Position numbers and translations under genes: made by a program. 64,000 bases of DNA from a bacterium (GTDB lineage Bacteria > SAR324 > JACQKK01), in NCBI GenBank assembly GCA_965240465.1, contig OZ251219.1, forward strand, positions 1,206,681 through 1,270,680. The letters run 5' to 3'. Below, piece by piece: positions 45,277 to 53,156 of this stretch. The notes beneath the pieces are model-generated. The model made no database searches. It saw only the letters and a program-made list of their open reading frames with translations, and had not been told where the DNA came from. Position 1 is the stretch's first letter. The number at the start of each line of letters is the position of its first letter.

Positions 45277-46812
45277 ATGACTCTTGAAAAAAATATTTCT
45301 CCACCCGCATCAAGCGATCTTAAGCAGTCTCGTCAGCAAAAACTAACCGCCTTGCGTTCGCTGGGAGTTCAGCCATATGCTCATCGGTTTCAGGTTTCTC
45401 ATAGGGTGGAAGTTCTTCAGCGGGCAGGGGACTTGTTGAAAAGCGGACAAAGCATCACTATTGCGGGTCGTTTGGTTACCTCTCGCGATATGGGCAAAGC
45501 TGCATTTGCACACCTAAAGGATGGTCTCTATCGGATGCAATTTTACATCCGTAGCGATGCTGTCTCGCCCCGTGATTTTCAGGTATTTCAGCTTGCCGAC
45601 CTCGGTGATTACATCGGGCTGGAAGGCAGCCTCATGCGTACTCGGACTGGAGAGATCACCCTGCGAGTCACTCGCTTCACCATGCTGACAAAATCGGTCC
45701 GCCCCTTGCCGATCGCTAAGGTAGAAGAGCGAAAAGGAGAGCAAATAGTGCATGATGCTTTCAGCGATGTGGAACTCCGTTACCGACATCGCACGGCAGA
45801 CCTGGCCACCAATGATTCCTCTGTTAAGGTATTTTTGCAGCGTTCAGAGATTATCCAAATACTACGCGGCTATTTGCTGGAGCAAGGTTTTTTAGAAGTG
45901 GAAACTCCAGTGCTACAAAACATTTATGGCGGAGCAGCCGCGGCACCATTTACCACTCATCACAATAGCCTAGACCTTAAAATGTATCTTAGAATTGCCA
46001 CCGAGCTTTATCTAAAGCGGTTGGTGGCTGGTGGTCTAGATAGAGTATTTGAGATCGGCAAGGTGTTTCGCAATGAAGGAATTGATAGCTCACACAATCC
46101 TGAGTTCACCATGGTGGAATTTTATCAAGCCTACGCCGACTATAAGGACATGATGGAGCATGTGGAAAATATTTTTGTCCGCTGTGCCCAAGCCATTTGC
46201 GGAAAAAAAACTATTCCCTTTAGAGGGCATGAAATAGACTTAACTCCTCCTTGGAAACGCATGACCATGCTGGAGGCGGTCTCTAAATTAGGAAAAATTG
46301 ATTTTGCATCTCTGGACGATAAAGCCGTTGAAGCCTTACTATTAGATCGTGGTTGGAATCTGCCCTTAGGTTATCAGCGTGGCTTAGCTTTGGCGAAGCT
46401 ATTTGAAGAGCTATGCGAATCTCAACTGATTCAGCCTACTTTTATCACCGATTTCCCTGCTGAAACTACTCCATTATGTAAGCGTCATCGTCAGTTTCCC
46501 GAACTGGCGGAACGCTTTGAGCCTTTCATAGGCGGTTGGGAAATGGGTAATTCTTACTCCGAACTAACTGAGCCCGCCCTGCAGCGTCAGTTGTTGGAAG
46601 AACAAGCAAATAGGCTACAGCGTGGCGATGCCGAAGCACATCCCTTAGATGATGACTTCTTGTGTGCTATGGAATATGGCATGCCTCCTATGGGAGGAAC
46701 AGGTCTGGGCGTAGACCGCCTAGTTATGCTGATCACGGGACAGCCATCCATTCGCGATGTGCTTTTTTTCCCCATTATGCGTCCGCAAAAAAAGGGCGAT
46801 ACTTCTCGATAG
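45277..46812 (+). CDS. lysS: lysine--tRNA ligase (class II)
   Basis: FRNEGIDSSHNPEFTMVEFY, MEYGMPPMGGTGLGVDRLVML. ATG at 45277 (MTLEKN); the ORF track starts at 45238. Confidence 0.92.
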   Translation: MTLEKNISPPASSDLKQSRQQKLTALRSLGVQPYAHRFQVSHRVEVLQRAGDLLKSGQSITIAGRLVTSRDMGKAAFAHLKDGLYRMQFYIRSDAVSPRDFQVFQLADLGDYIGLEGSLMRTRTGEITLRVTRFTMLTKSVRPLPIAKVEERKGEQIVHDAFSDVELRYRHRTADLATNDSSVKVFLQRSEIIQILRGYLLEQGFLEVETPVLQNIYGGAAAAPFTTHHNSLDLKMYLRIATELYLKRLVAGGLDRVFEIGKVFRNEGIDSSHNPEFTMVEFYQAYADYKDMMEHVENIFVRCAQAICGKKTIPFRGHEIDLTPPWKRMTMLEAVSKLGKIDFASLDDKAVEALLLDRGWNLPLGYQRGLALAKLFEELCESQLIQPTFITDFPAETTPLCKRHRQFPELAERFEPFIGGWEMGNSYSELTEPALQRQLLEEQANRLQRGDAEAHPLDDDFLCAMEYGMPPMGGTGLGVDRLVMLITGQPSIRDVLFFPIMRPQKKGDTSR

Positions 46813-46833
46813 GACTCCGCTAAGAGAAAGCCC

Positions 46834-47013
46834 TGCTGAGAGTGCTTGCTGAGAGTGCTTGCTGAGAGTGCTTGCTGGGATGCTCTTGCTGAGAGTGCTT
46901 GCTGGGATGCTCTTGCTGAGAGTGCTTGCTGGGATGCTCTTGCTGAGAGTGCTTGCTGGGATGCTCTTGCTGAGAGTGCTTGCTGGGAGCTCTTGCTGGG
47001 ATGCTCTTGCTGA
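46834..47013. repeat. tandem repeat, 13/14-bp subunits (tgctgagagtgct / tgctgggatgctct) forming a 27-bp higher-order unit
   Basis: Starts 22 nt after the lysS stop. About 13 subunits. Confidence 0.9.
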
Positions 47014-47037
47014 GACACCCTGCCTCTCAGATAGTGC

Positions 47038-47658
47038 TTAGTACAAACGATAGACGCCACGGGGGTCTATTTTTTCAAATTGTTCCCAACGACTTTGGCA
47101 GAGCATCAGGTTAAACATTAGCTCCGTGCTGGAATTGGATTGGCGACGCTGGGCTTGAGTGCGTTTTTTTATCAGGGATTCTACTTCTGCTGGGTGGATT
47201 ATCATATAGTTAGAGAAGTACATAATTCCGCGGTGATTTATCAGGCGGGTTTGTAGGACGCTATTTACATCTAGGAAGGCGGTTTGATCAGTAGCCAGTA
47301 CTTTGTATTTATAGCCTTCAACCATGTCTTTCAGCAGTATTTCTTTGGAGCTGTTGCGTATCAGCTGAAACACGGAATGGATATTTTCTGTCAGTTCTTG
47401 ATATCCTGTTTTTTGTTCGGGAGTGAGCTTGTTGCTTTTACGTTCTAGATAACAAGCTATAGGGGTCTGCCCGTTAAAAAGAGAGCGGTCTAAAACAAAC
47501 CAATTGAGAAAAGCATTACAGCGAATCCCAAAAGAAGGTGCTTCTGGACGCATCGTACCTGCGCGTTCAAATTCCTCTCTGGCAGTGCCTACTTCTGCAG
47601 CACAGATGGGTAATTTGGTAACTTCCTCCAGCAAGGGAGCAATGTAAGGGCTTTCCAT
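47038..47658 (-). CDS. hypothetical protein (206 aa)
   Basis: ORF track only; no motif recognised. Confidence 0.5.
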   Translation of the reverse strand: MESPYIAPLLEEVTKLPICAAEVGTAREEFERAGTMRPEAPSFGIRCNAFLNWFVLDRSLFNGQTPIACYLERKSNKLTPEQKTGYQELTENIHSVFQLIRNSSKEILLKDMVEGYKYKVLATDQTAFLDVNSVLQTRLINHRGIMYFSNYMIIHPAEVESLIKKRTQAQRRQSNSSTELMFNLMLCQSRWEQFEKIDPRGVYRLY

Positions 47659-47797
47659 TAAATTAATCCTATCTCATCAATTTTTATCAGTCACCTTCGG
47701 CATCGCTTTTATTCTTAGAACGCCTGCTCCCAGCTGGCATTGTATTCCTCTTGATTGACGCTTGGCAACCAACTTCCGTAGCTATTATAACACTAAC

Positions 47798-47931
47798 AGC
47801 CCCTACTCTCCCCTTTTTCTTCCAGCCCCCTACTCTCCCCTTTTTCTTCCAGCCCCCTACTCTCCCCTTTTTCTTCCAGCCCCCTACTCTCCCCTTTTTC
47901 TTCCAGCCCCTACTCTCCCCCTTTTTCTTCC
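47798..47931. repeat. tandem repeat, 26/27-bp unit agccccctactctcccctttttcttcc x5
   Basis: Lies between the 206-aa gene and the pnp stop. Confidence 0.9.
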
Positions 47932-47938
47932 AGCCAGC

Positions 47939-50011
47939 CTATTCTTGATAGCGAGTAAGTTTCAGCTTGCCCCTTTTATCGGTGCCAGATACGCGTACGC
48001 TGACGATATCTCCTTCCCGCATGAAGTCTTCCACTCGTTCTACTCTTCCTTCTGCCATTTGTGAGATGTGTAGTAGGCCATCGGTACCGGGCAGTAGTTC
48101 TATGAATGCTCCAAAATCGGTCACTTTTTTTACGGGTCCTTTGTAGACGGCCCCGATTTCCACTTCTGCGGTGATATTTTCCACCATTTTCAGTGCTTCT
48201 CTAGCTGCTTCGGGGTTTTCGGAGTGAATTTGAACTGTGCCATCATCTTGTACGTCTACTTTGGCACCTGTTTTTTCAATTATGCTCTTAATGGTTTTTC
48301 CGCTGGGGCCGATAAGTTCTCCGATGCGTCCTGGCTTGATGCGATGTACCAGCATGACGGGGGCATAGGGAGATAGTTCTTTTTTGGATGAAGTGATGGT
48401 TTTTTCCATTTCATCCAGAATGTTAATACGACCGTCAAGGGCTTGTTTCAGTGCTTGAGCGAGAATATTTTTATCAATTCCGCTGACCTTGATATCCATT
48501 TGCAAGGCGGTGATCCCCTCACGGGTGCCTGCGACTTTAAAATCCATGTCGCCCAGATGGTCTTCATCTCCCAAGATATCGGAGAGGATGACGGTGATTG
48601 TTCCTTCTTTAATCAAGCCCATGGCGATACCTGCGGCGTGTTTAGAGATGGGTACTCCAGCATCCATCAGTGCCAGAGAGGCTCCACAGACAGAAGCCAT
48701 AGAGGAAGAGCCATTGGATTCCAGAATTTCGGAAGTAATTCTGATAGTGTAGGGAAATTTTTCCTTACTGGGTAATAGTGGTTTGATGCCTTTTTGAGCC
48801 AGCATGCCATGCCCGATTTCTCTTCGTCCTGGGCCTCGCAAGAAGGAGGCTTCCCCGACACAAAAGGGAGGAAAATTGTAGTGAAAAAGAAAATCTTTGA
48901 AGCTGACACCATGGAGGTTGTCAATCAATTGTTGGTCTGAGCGGGCTCCCAGAGTGACGTTGACCAGGGCTTGTGTTTCTCCGCGGGTGAAAAGGGCAGA
49001 GCCATGGCAACGCGGCAGCAAGCCAATTTCGCTATTAATTTCTCTGATATCGGTCTGTGAGCGTCCATCCACCCGAGTGCCTTGGGAGGTGATTTGCTCT
49101 CTCATCAGGCGTTTTTTCAGGTTGCCAAAGATTTTTTCTACCTCTTTTTTGCGAGGTTCTTCATCGGATTGTGGATCATAAAATTTCTCCAGAGCCTGCT
49201 TTGACAGGGCATTCAAGGAGCCATAGCGAGCAAGTTTCTCTTTTTCGCTTAGGCTCTTAAGCAATGGTTCTGAAAACTGAGCTTCCATATTTTTTGCCAA
49301 AGCTTCATCAGTTTTGACCTCAGGTAAAGCACGCTTAGACAAACCAACTTTCTTTTGCAATTCTTCCTGAAGCTCAATCACTGGCAAAAGCTGTTGCTGA
49401 GCGAACAAAATAGATTCCAAAGCCAAATCCTCAGATATCTCATTAGCTTCCCCTTCCACCATCAATAGGCCTTCCTTGGAGCAAGTGACGAATATATCCA
49501 GCTCACTTTCAGCCAGCTGATCAGGGGTAGGATTAACAATCAGCTTGCCGTCAATTCTGCCTACTCGCATGCCAGCAATGGGTCCTGCAAAAGGGATGTC
49601 AGATATGCTCAAGGCGACTGAAGTACCAATCATGGCTGCTACTCCAGCCTCATTTTTCTTATCGTAGCTAAGCACCGTGGCGATGATTTGGGTCTCATAC
49701 TGAAATTCTGTGGGGAACAGCGGACGAATGGAGCGATCAATAAAGCGTGATATTAGGGTTTCATTATCCGAAAGGCGTCCTTCTCGGCGTAAGAACCCGC
49801 CAGGGATGCGACCAGCAGCATAATGTTTCTCCACATAATGCACCGAAAGCGGAAAGAAGGGTAAGTCTTTAGACTCTTTTTCCGCTACCGCAGTGACAAG
49901 TACTACCGTTTCGCCATAACGCACTAAGGCGGAACCAGATGCCTGACGAGCAATTCGTCCAACTTCAATTTTTAGGGGATTACCACCCAATTCAGTGGAA
50001 ACAATTTCCAT
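47939..50011 (-). CDS. pnp: polyribonucleotide nucleotidyltransferase (PNPase)
   Basis: 690 aa with two RNase PH domains plus KH (IGPSGKTIKSI) and S1 (GAVYKGPVKKVTDFGAFIEL). Confidence 0.95.
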   Translation of the reverse strand: MEIVSTELGGNPLKIEVGRIARQASGSALVRYGETVVLVTAVAEKESKDLPFFPLSVHYVEKHYAAGRIPGGFLRREGRLSDNETLISRFIDRSIRPLFPTEFQYETQIIATVLSYDKKNEAGVAAMIGTSVALSISDIPFAGPIAGMRVGRIDGKLIVNPTPDQLAESELDIFVTCSKEGLLMVEGEANEISEDLALESILFAQQQLLPVIELQEELQKKVGLSKRALPEVKTDEALAKNMEAQFSEPLLKSLSEKEKLARYGSLNALSKQALEKFYDPQSDEEPRKKEVEKIFGNLKKRLMREQITSQGTRVDGRSQTDIREINSEIGLLPRCHGSALFTRGETQALVNVTLGARSDQQLIDNLHGVSFKDFLFHYNFPPFCVGEASFLRGPGRREIGHGMLAQKGIKPLLPSKEKFPYTIRITSEILESNGSSSMASVCGASLALMDAGVPISKHAAGIAMGLIKEGTITVILSDILGDEDHLGDMDFKVAGTREGITALQMDIKVSGIDKNILAQALKQALDGRINILDEMEKTITSSKKELSPYAPVMLVHRIKPGRIGELIGPSGKTIKSIIEKTGAKVDVQDDGTVQIHSENPEAAREALKMVENITAEVEIGAVYKGPVKKVTDFGAFIELLPGTDGLLHISQMAEGRVERVEDFMREGDIVSVRVSGTDKRGKLKLTRYQE

Positions 50012-50017
50012 ATATAG

Positions 50018-50284
50018 CTACCTACGCAACTGCAATTCAGTTATCAACTTTTGGTATCGTTGATAATTCTTGCGACCGAGATAATTCAACAATCGCCGGC
50101 GTTTGCTAACCATCTTAAGTAGCCCTCGTCGTGAATGATGATCCTTTAAATGAGCTTTGAAATGTCCAGTCAGCTCTTTTATCCGAGTAGATAACAAAGC
50201 TACCTGTACCTCCGAAGTGCCAGTATCTCCCGCATTCTTGCCAAATTTCTTAATGATTTCTTTTGTCTTTTCAGGGTCTAACAT
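50018..50284 (-). CDS. rpsO: 30S ribosomal protein S15
   Basis: [14 protein letters not shown]-like [14 protein letters not shown], and [25 protein letters not shown]. Confidence 0.95.
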   Translation of the reverse strand: MLDPEKTKEIIKKFGKNAGDTGTSEVQVALLSTRIKELTGHFKAHLKDHHSRRGLLKMVSKRRRLLNYLGRKNYQRYQKLITELQLRR

Positions 50285-50442
50285 GCAAATCTGCTTAGGG
50301 GGAACATTTCTTCTCTACTCTAGAAGACCACCCTACCTACCTTTTCATGACTTGTCAAGCATATTAAAGTAAAAAAAATGCTAATTCACTTATTATAATA
50401 ATTGTATAACTAATCTAGTTCAAATTCTTTGATATCTGGTGC

Positions 50443-51360
50443 CTAGGATCTCTCAGCAAATTCAGGCTGATAGCACTCAATTCCCACTACTTCATTATCA
50501 CGCGAGCGTACTACTCCTTCGCACTTTTTAGCAGATATACAAATCCTACCAGGGAAATAAAATCTTAACTCACCCGCTGGTGCTGTATCAGGTACGCGAC
50601 ATATCATTGCAGTAGGGGTTAGCATTGGGCAGGTAATAGTTTGTTTCTTAGAATCATAGTGGCTCTTCAGATAATAATCGGGGACCACAATAAACTTAGT
50701 CCCCATAAACTTCTCATCTATATTATCACCAATTATTAGATTGAAGGATGGATAACGCTTGTTGATGGATTTTTGTAGATTGCTACGCTGATGATCAGTA
50801 ATTATCACATACCTCCCATTTATCAAACTTATCTGTGAAATTTGGGAAGTGGCTAGCTCGAGCTTATCAAAATTAAGAGGTTCGGCATCTCCAGTTCCGC
50901 TAGGGTTTGCCGAGGTTGCATTTATGGGAATGATATTTTCCTTTGGAAATGGAATATCCTCATCTATCCCCACACGTGCATCTCCTAAAATTGCAGGTAT
51001 TCTAACTGAAATATCCATCTCCTCTTCTATAGCCTGATTCAGACAATCAACAATCTTGGGATGTTTTTTTGTATCAGGCACACCAGTGGCTAATGAAACG
51101 TTTACGCAACATTGTAGGGTTATGTGACGGTTTATCCGTGTAACAACAATGTTACAATGATCGGTTTTAGATTCCCTTGTATAACTGTAATCATTGATTT
51201 GTTCAAAAACATTCTCCACCACTTCTACATTGCCAAACAACAGCTTGGCAACTGGAGATTTATCCCCACGGGGTAAGCCTTGGAACTTAGCATTAAGGGC
51301 TTGCTCTGCTGCTGCTTTTACTTCTTCATCAGTTAGTTTATTATGATCTATTTCTGTCAT
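50443..51360 (-). CDS. hypothetical protein (305 aa) inserted between truB and rpsO
   Basis: AAGGAGG lies immediately upstream of ATG 51360; the ORF track extends to 51405. No motif recognised. Spot counts suggest lower G+C than the neighbours. Confidence 0.6.
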   Translation of the reverse strand: MTEIDHNKLTDEEVKAAAEQALNAKFQGLPRGDKSPVAKLLFGNVEVVENVFEQINDYSYTRESKTDHCNIVVTRINRHITLQCCVNVSLATGVPDTKKHPKIVDCLNQAIEEEMDISVRIPAILGDARVGIDEDIPFPKENIIPINATSANPSGTGDAEPLNFDKLELATSQISQISLINGRYVIITDHQRSNLQKSINKRYPSFNLIIGDNIDEKFMGTKFIVVPDYYLKSHYDSKKQTITCPMLTPTAMICRVPDTAPAGELRFYFPGRICISAKKCEGVVRSRDNEVVGIECYQPEFAERS

Positions 51361-51510
51361 TTTACCTCCTTGTAAAAATAAAAACATCCGTGTCCGCCCT
51401 CTCAAATAGAGTGGGTTTTCATTATTTGCCAGTTTCCTTTGCCGCGAGGATATAACACACTAAAAGCCCATGTCAACACTTTCTTAAAAAAAATACCCCC
51501 CCCTCCTTCC

Positions 51511-52512
51511 TTACTCCACCAGCACGCAGCGAGGTTGGATTTGCAATCCAGCTGATGTTTGAATGGCAGTTCCGATAGCGAGGAGGCGTCCTTGTTGATT
51601 GAGAGCTTTGAGGGGTTTGTCAATGGTGAGGTTATCAGGGGTTGTAAAGGGTGTCAGCCTGCCTTGTAGTAGGTGCGGGAGGTTTTCGGGGTTAATTTCC
51701 ACTGGGGCGTGGTTGGTGAGGAAGGGGACGGGGTTGAGGATATACTGGCAGGGTGGGGATTTTAGCAGTTCGCTGAGGTTGACGGCTTGTTTGATATTCC
51801 ATGACGGGCTATCGGAGCCTATTGCGGTTCGTTTAAGGGAGGTGAGATGAGCACCTACTTTTAGAGAGGTGCCGATGTCGTTAGCGAGCGAGCGGATGTA
51901 AGTTCCAGCACTACAGAGGACATCCAGATGCAGGTAGGGGAGTTTGATTTTTTGTACTTCTAGGAGATGGAAGCATACTTTTCGGGTGCGGTGATGTGCT
52001 ATTTCTCCTTTTCTGGCGAGTTTATAAGCGGGGATGCCATTTTTTTTCACGGCAGAGAAGTCAGGGGTTTGCTGATTGTGTTCGCCGTGCCAAGCGAGGA
52101 CTGCGTCGTTTATTTGCTGAGGAGTGAGGTGATCAGGCGATTTACAGGAAAGCATGGTGCCTTCAGCGTCTAGGGTATCGGTTTGTTCGCCTAGTTTTAT
52201 GATGGCTTGGTATCGTTTTGGGAGTTTTTCAAACAGGTGGATGAGTCGGGTGGCATTGCCGATAAACATAACTAGGACTCCCGTAGCTAGGGGGTCGAGC
52301 GTGCCTAAGTAGCCGACCCTGAAACGAGTTTTTGTTTGGCGGATTTTTTTATCGTGGTAGAAGTGCCTTTTCACTTTTTGAAGTACCTGATTAGAAGATA
52401 ATCCTGGGGGTTTATCTAGCACCAGTATGCCCGATGGGACATTTGTGGTGGTGTCAGCAGAATTTGCGACATCAGTTTCAGTTGCAGGTGTGGTGAGCAG
52501 AATTTGCGACAT
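51511..52512 (-). CDS. truB: tRNA pseudouridine(55) synthase
   Basis: GILVLDKPPGLSSNQVL, and GYLGTLDPLATGVL containing the catalytic Asp. Confidence 0.88.
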   Translation of the reverse strand: MSQILLTTPATETDVANSADTTTNVPSGILVLDKPPGLSSNQVLQKVKRHFYHDKKIRQTKTRFRVGYLGTLDPLATGVLVMFIGNATRLIHLFEKLPKRYQAIIKLGEQTDTLDAEGTMLSCKSPDHLTPQQINDAVLAWHGEHNQQTPDFSAVKKNGIPAYKLARKGEIAHHRTRKVCFHLLEVQKIKLPYLHLDVLCSAGTYIRSLANDIGTSLKVGAHLTSLKRTAIGSDSPSWNIKQAVNLSELLKSPPCQYILNPVPFLTNHAPVEINPENLPHLLQGRLTPFTTPDNLTIDKPLKALNQQGRLLAIGTAIQTSAGLQIQPRCVLVE

Positions 52513-52535
52513 CAGTTTCAGTTGCAGGTGTGGTG
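52456..52535. repeat. perfect 40-bp tandem duplication spanning the truB start codon
   Basis: agcagaatttgcgacatcagtttcagttgcaggtgtggtg occurs at 52456-52495 and 52496-52535. Confidence 0.95.
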
Positions 52536-52557
52536 GTATGCACTGCAGAGGTAGGGG

Positions 52558-52914
52558 TTAATTTTCTTTGGAGATGGGGGAGGATTTTTTGAGTAGGCGA
52601 TCAATGTTATCGGCATGTGAGAAGCCAAGGTCGGGGATAAATTGCAGTCGAGGAGTATTGCGGGTATGTAGCGAGCGTCCCAATAAACGACTGAAGAACC
52701 CGGCGGCTTGATTAAGGGCTTTGGCGACATTTTGCAAGTTTTGGGGAGGGTAGCAGCTAAAATGGATTTTAGCGGATGAAACATCTGGGGAAGTTTTAAC
52801 TCGGCTGATGGTAACGGAGTTAAAGCGAGGGTCATGGGCTTCCTCTTGCAGCAGCCGTCCCAGTTTATGATGTATCAGCTGAGAAATATGGGCTTGTTTG
52901 CGTGATGGGGTCAT
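52558..52914 (-). CDS. rbfA: ribosome-binding factor A
   Basis: MTPSRKQAHISQLIHHKLGRLLQEE...VTISRVKTSPDVSSAKI, typical of RbfA. The upstream part of the track ORF (to 53103) is translated tandem repeat. Confidence 0.85.
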   Translation of the reverse strand: MTPSRKQAHISQLIHHKLGRLLQEEAHDPRFNSVTISRVKTSPDVSSAKIHFSCYPPQNLQNVAKALNQAAGFFSRLLGRSLHTRNTPRLQFIPDLGFSHADNIDRLLKKSSPISKEN

Positions 52915-52942
52915 TATCAGTCTAGAAAGCGACATTGAAAAA

Positions 52943-53124
52943 GGAGCACTGAGAAAGGAGCACTGAGAAAGGAGCACTGAGAAAGGAGCACTGAGAAAGG
53001 AGCACTGAGAAAGGAGCACTGAGAAAGGAGCACTGAGAAAGGAGCACTGAGAAAGGAGCACTGAGAAAGGAGCACTGAGAAAGGAGCACTGAGAAAGGAG
53101 CACTGAGAAAGGAACACTGAGAAA
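52943..53124. repeat. tandem repeat, 14-bp unit ggagcactgagaaa x13
   Basis: Copies every 14 bp from 52943 to 53111. The last copy reads ggaacactgagaaa. Lies in the infB-rbfA intercistronic region. Confidence 0.95.
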
Positions 53125-53156
53125 GGAATATTTATTGGCTTATGTGGTAGCGAGAA

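Noticed and set aside
46587-47060. 157-aa minus-strand and 60-aa + strand ORFs with SQQALSARA / LLLRVLAGM repeats
   Set aside because: They are translations of the 13/14-bp-subunit array downstream of lysS. They are open in several frames only because the unit lacks stops.
47751-48064. 65-aa and 100-aa + strand ORFs (PTLPFFFQP / PYSPLFLPA repeats)
   Set aside because: They are translations of the 26/27-bp array, and the second runs antisense into pnp.
52917-53117. The SQCSFLSAPFSVLL-repeat ORF and the N-terminal 63 aa of the 181-aa rbfA track ORF
   Set aside because: The 14-bp x13 array reads through in all three frames (3 x 14 = 42 bp gives a 14-aa period). RbfA homology begins at Met-64 (ATG 52914).
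52943-53124. CRISPR array (considered for this and all the other arrays)
   Set aside because: The units are directly abutting with no unique spacers, are only 8-27 bp long, and no cas genes are present. These are plain tandem repeats.
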